This document shows, piece by piece, positions 61,744 through 64,000 of a DNA stretch of 64,000 bases (the stretch's first letter is position 1; every line of letters begins with the position of its first letter). The position numbers were made by a program, and so were the translations under genes. The DNA comes from Utricularia gibba. Taxonomy: Eukaryota > Plantae > Magnoliophyta. The stretch lies in NCBI GenBank assembly GCA_002189035.1, contig NEEC01000008.1:1054001-1118000 (forward strand), read 5' to 3'. Under the pieces are notes generated by a model that saw only the letters and a program-made list of their open reading frames with translations, had not been told where the DNA came from and ran no database searches.

Positions 61744-62576
61744 CTCCTTCTCTCTCTTTTGGCTTTTTTATTTTTCCAAAAACCAATACCCAGAGCACCC
61801 ACCAGAAGAGATGCTTAAAAGTCGAAAAATGTTCCTGGCTAAAGGAGTCCTCACTCACTCTCATTCAACAAGAAAAAGAGTGGACTGGGACTGCTGATGA
61901 AGGAAAATGCCATACATGTTTGTGTGCTTTTTTCACTATTTGCTCTGACTTTTCTTCTCCTTTATTATGGCAATAGGGCCGGGTTCCTCTGTCCTGGGGA
62001 GGTTAACAACAGACAGGGGCAGAAATGCCAAGAAGAAGATAACCAGGGAAGGGACCCTCCCCTTCCTCCCTATCTCCTTTTTTGCCCAGACCACTAGCTT
62101 GCTTGGTGTTGTACATATTTAACTCTCCTGTTATTCACATCATTGCATCTGCTCTGGTACAACTGAAGGTCACTGCCCCTTGTGTTTCGCTAGGACTCTG
62201 AAACTTGATAAAACCCACTACATCATGATCAACACCAATTGGGTTCTGATGCTAAACCAGCTTCTGATTGCTGAGTAAGGGGGCAGTGAGCGAGTACTCA
62301 ACTTTGGGCCTGCGTATTAATGCATGGTTAATGCTCAATAATGCTAACTGATTTCCATCGATTATATTAATTACGACTATTTATTGTGACATTGATTATG
62401 GGTATTTCTTATTGTTCTAATTATCTGCATCATGATGCTACAAGATGCAAACAACCAGCCCCAGCTTCCCTCCTATTTGCATTTGAGATTCTTCCTCATC
62501 ATTTCAAAATTAAATAATCATCCTGAAAAGGCATAATACTTGTTTTCCTGATGAAGTGAGCCTGGTCTTACAGGTT

Positions 62577-63571
62577 TTATGCTACTGCTCCTGTGACTGG
62601 AGAAGGAGCTGGTGGTGTGTACCACCCAAACTGGATCTCAACGGCCTTCTTTCTTCTTGCCAGCCGGGACTTTCTCCTGGCTCCGGTGTTCCGGTGGAGC
62701 GTTCCCACTTTAACAGCCTTGTCGATGACAGAATATGCCTCGGCGATGAGCTTTTCGACGGGGAGAACTTCGTCTGGTTGGGCGTCAGGTTTCTTGCCAA
62801 GATCTTCCAGAGCCTCCAGGACCTGAATCATCAAGAGTGCAGAATGCAGTTCGTCTCATCACTAAAGGTTACATTTTGGTGCGTGTTTACAGACCAAAAC
62901 TGGAAAACAAGGTGGGTTCAGAAACTAGTAACGAAATCAACATCTCAATGCAACACAGTATTTCTTCCTGTTTAGAGATGATCCTGATATCCTAGACATG
63001 GGGACACCCCTTAGGCTTTAACTCATTCTTCATCAGAAATGATTTGACATAGAATGTGATTAAGTAATATAGCATATTGTTGTACTGGGAAAATTGGCCG
63101 AACGAAAACCTACACAAAAAGCTAACCTTCTTCATTCGGGTTCTGATTTCAGATTTCTTAGCCTTGTTATAGAGTCGTCTCTTCTCCGCCTGGCGAGCTC
63201 GCTTCGCAGCAGAATCTGGCTTCTTACCACCAACCTCCGCGGCGCATATTACTGATAGTCGATTTGAACCACCAACTCCCACTGGAAACACCGGCCTGAA
63301 TCCTACAAATCCCATAAACAAAAACACAAAACTAAAATGGGGGCACCCAATAAGCGCGTCAGCGAACCCCGCGATACAAAATCGAAGCAAGAAGATATAA
63401 AGACGATGAGGGCGCAGTTTTTCCACCTGCAGAAAGGAGATCAGAGGACGATGAAAGGCTGAGATTCTTGAATGCCGGAATGGGAGGAGCCGCGCGAGAG
63501 AGAGTCCTGAGGTTTGCAGGCGAAGGCGGCGCCCAACAGGAAAAGCAAGCCGAAAACGCTCCCGCTGCCAT
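62577..63571 (-). CDS. RPS20: Plastid 30S ribosomal protein S20 (nuclear-encoded), 3 exons
   Basis: Ser/Ala-rich transit peptide (63571-63427). Exon 63302-63127 DSAAKRARQAEKRRLYNKAKKSEIRTRMKK. Exon 62822-62577 EAYSVIDKAVKVGTLHRNTGARRKSRLARRKKAVEI..GWYTP. Confidence 0.95.
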
Positions 63572-64000
63572 GTGCTTAGCTTCGCTTCCGACGCAGCAGT
63601 GAACGAGCTTCTTTGAAGAAGAAACAACCTTATCCTTAAAGTCGCCGTTGCCTACTAAACACGTTTTAAGAATAAGGCGAATTGTCAGTTTTGCACATTT
63701 CAACTCTTCTATCATCATCATGACACATGGGTAAAACTGTAATTCTGTTGGTCATGATATTGGGTCGGGTCGGACCAGCGGTTAAGGTAACCGGTAACCC
63801 TTCCAGAAAGAAAGAAAGAAACAGCAGGAGGCCTCCAGCAACAAATGAGGAGGCTTCATGCAGTGCATAAAGAAACAAAGCAGAAGGGAAACAGCTACGT
63901 TTCACAAGCATTTGAGTTAAGCATCAAGTACACAAAAGAAACTGCCGACTTCTCTGCAATTCATGTACCAGAAATGAGTGAGCGTTTTGGTTGGAGTCAA

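Noticed and set aside
62170-62289. 10-bp inverted repeat TCACTGCCCC...GGGGCAGTGA with internal CTGA motifs, as a C/D snoRNA
   Set aside because: No box C (RTGATGA) next to the 5' stem; a 10-bp repeat can arise by chance.
63666-63911. 81-aa minus-strand ORF upstream of RPS20
   Set aside because: No known motif or splice support; overlaps the RPS20 promoter region.
1-64000. CRISPR arrays, operons, rRNA/tRNA genes, intact transposases or retroelements
   Set aside because: None seen; the window is intron-containing plant nuclear euchromatin.

Overview
Plant (eudicot-type) nuclear DNA. It is gene-dense, with short GT-AG introns (mostly 70-110 nt) and very A+T-rich spacers. I can support 18 protein-coding loci: TH1 (partial), MND1, an FAD-oxidoreductase/cyclopropane-synthase fusion, a small RVxF+CaaX protein, ARPC2B, myosin VIII, a GH17+X8 glucanase-like protein, an RD26-clade NAC, CIP7-like, WDR44-like, UBC25-like, a DUF616 hexosyltransferase, SPA3/4, a GT14 glucuronosyltransferase, RALF, a MATE, an RSS3-like protein and plastid RPS20. 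There is also one unannotated SUVH2/SUVH9-type pseudogene. I found no rRNA, tRNA, CRISPR array or intact transposon. Exon boundaries were read by eye, and family calls come from recognised motifs, not from searches. The most notable observations are: (1) a tandemly duplicated exon+intron cassette array inside UBC25; (2) a microprotein combining a PP1-docking motif with a farnesyl/palmitoyl tail; (3) an intact myosin VIII with degenerate motor motifs; (4) a GH17 lacking both catalytic glutamates; (5) the SUVH relic behind the myosin gene; (6) three single-base frameshifts, all at 4-nt C/G runs, which look like assembly errors. The species cannot be determined from the sequence alone.
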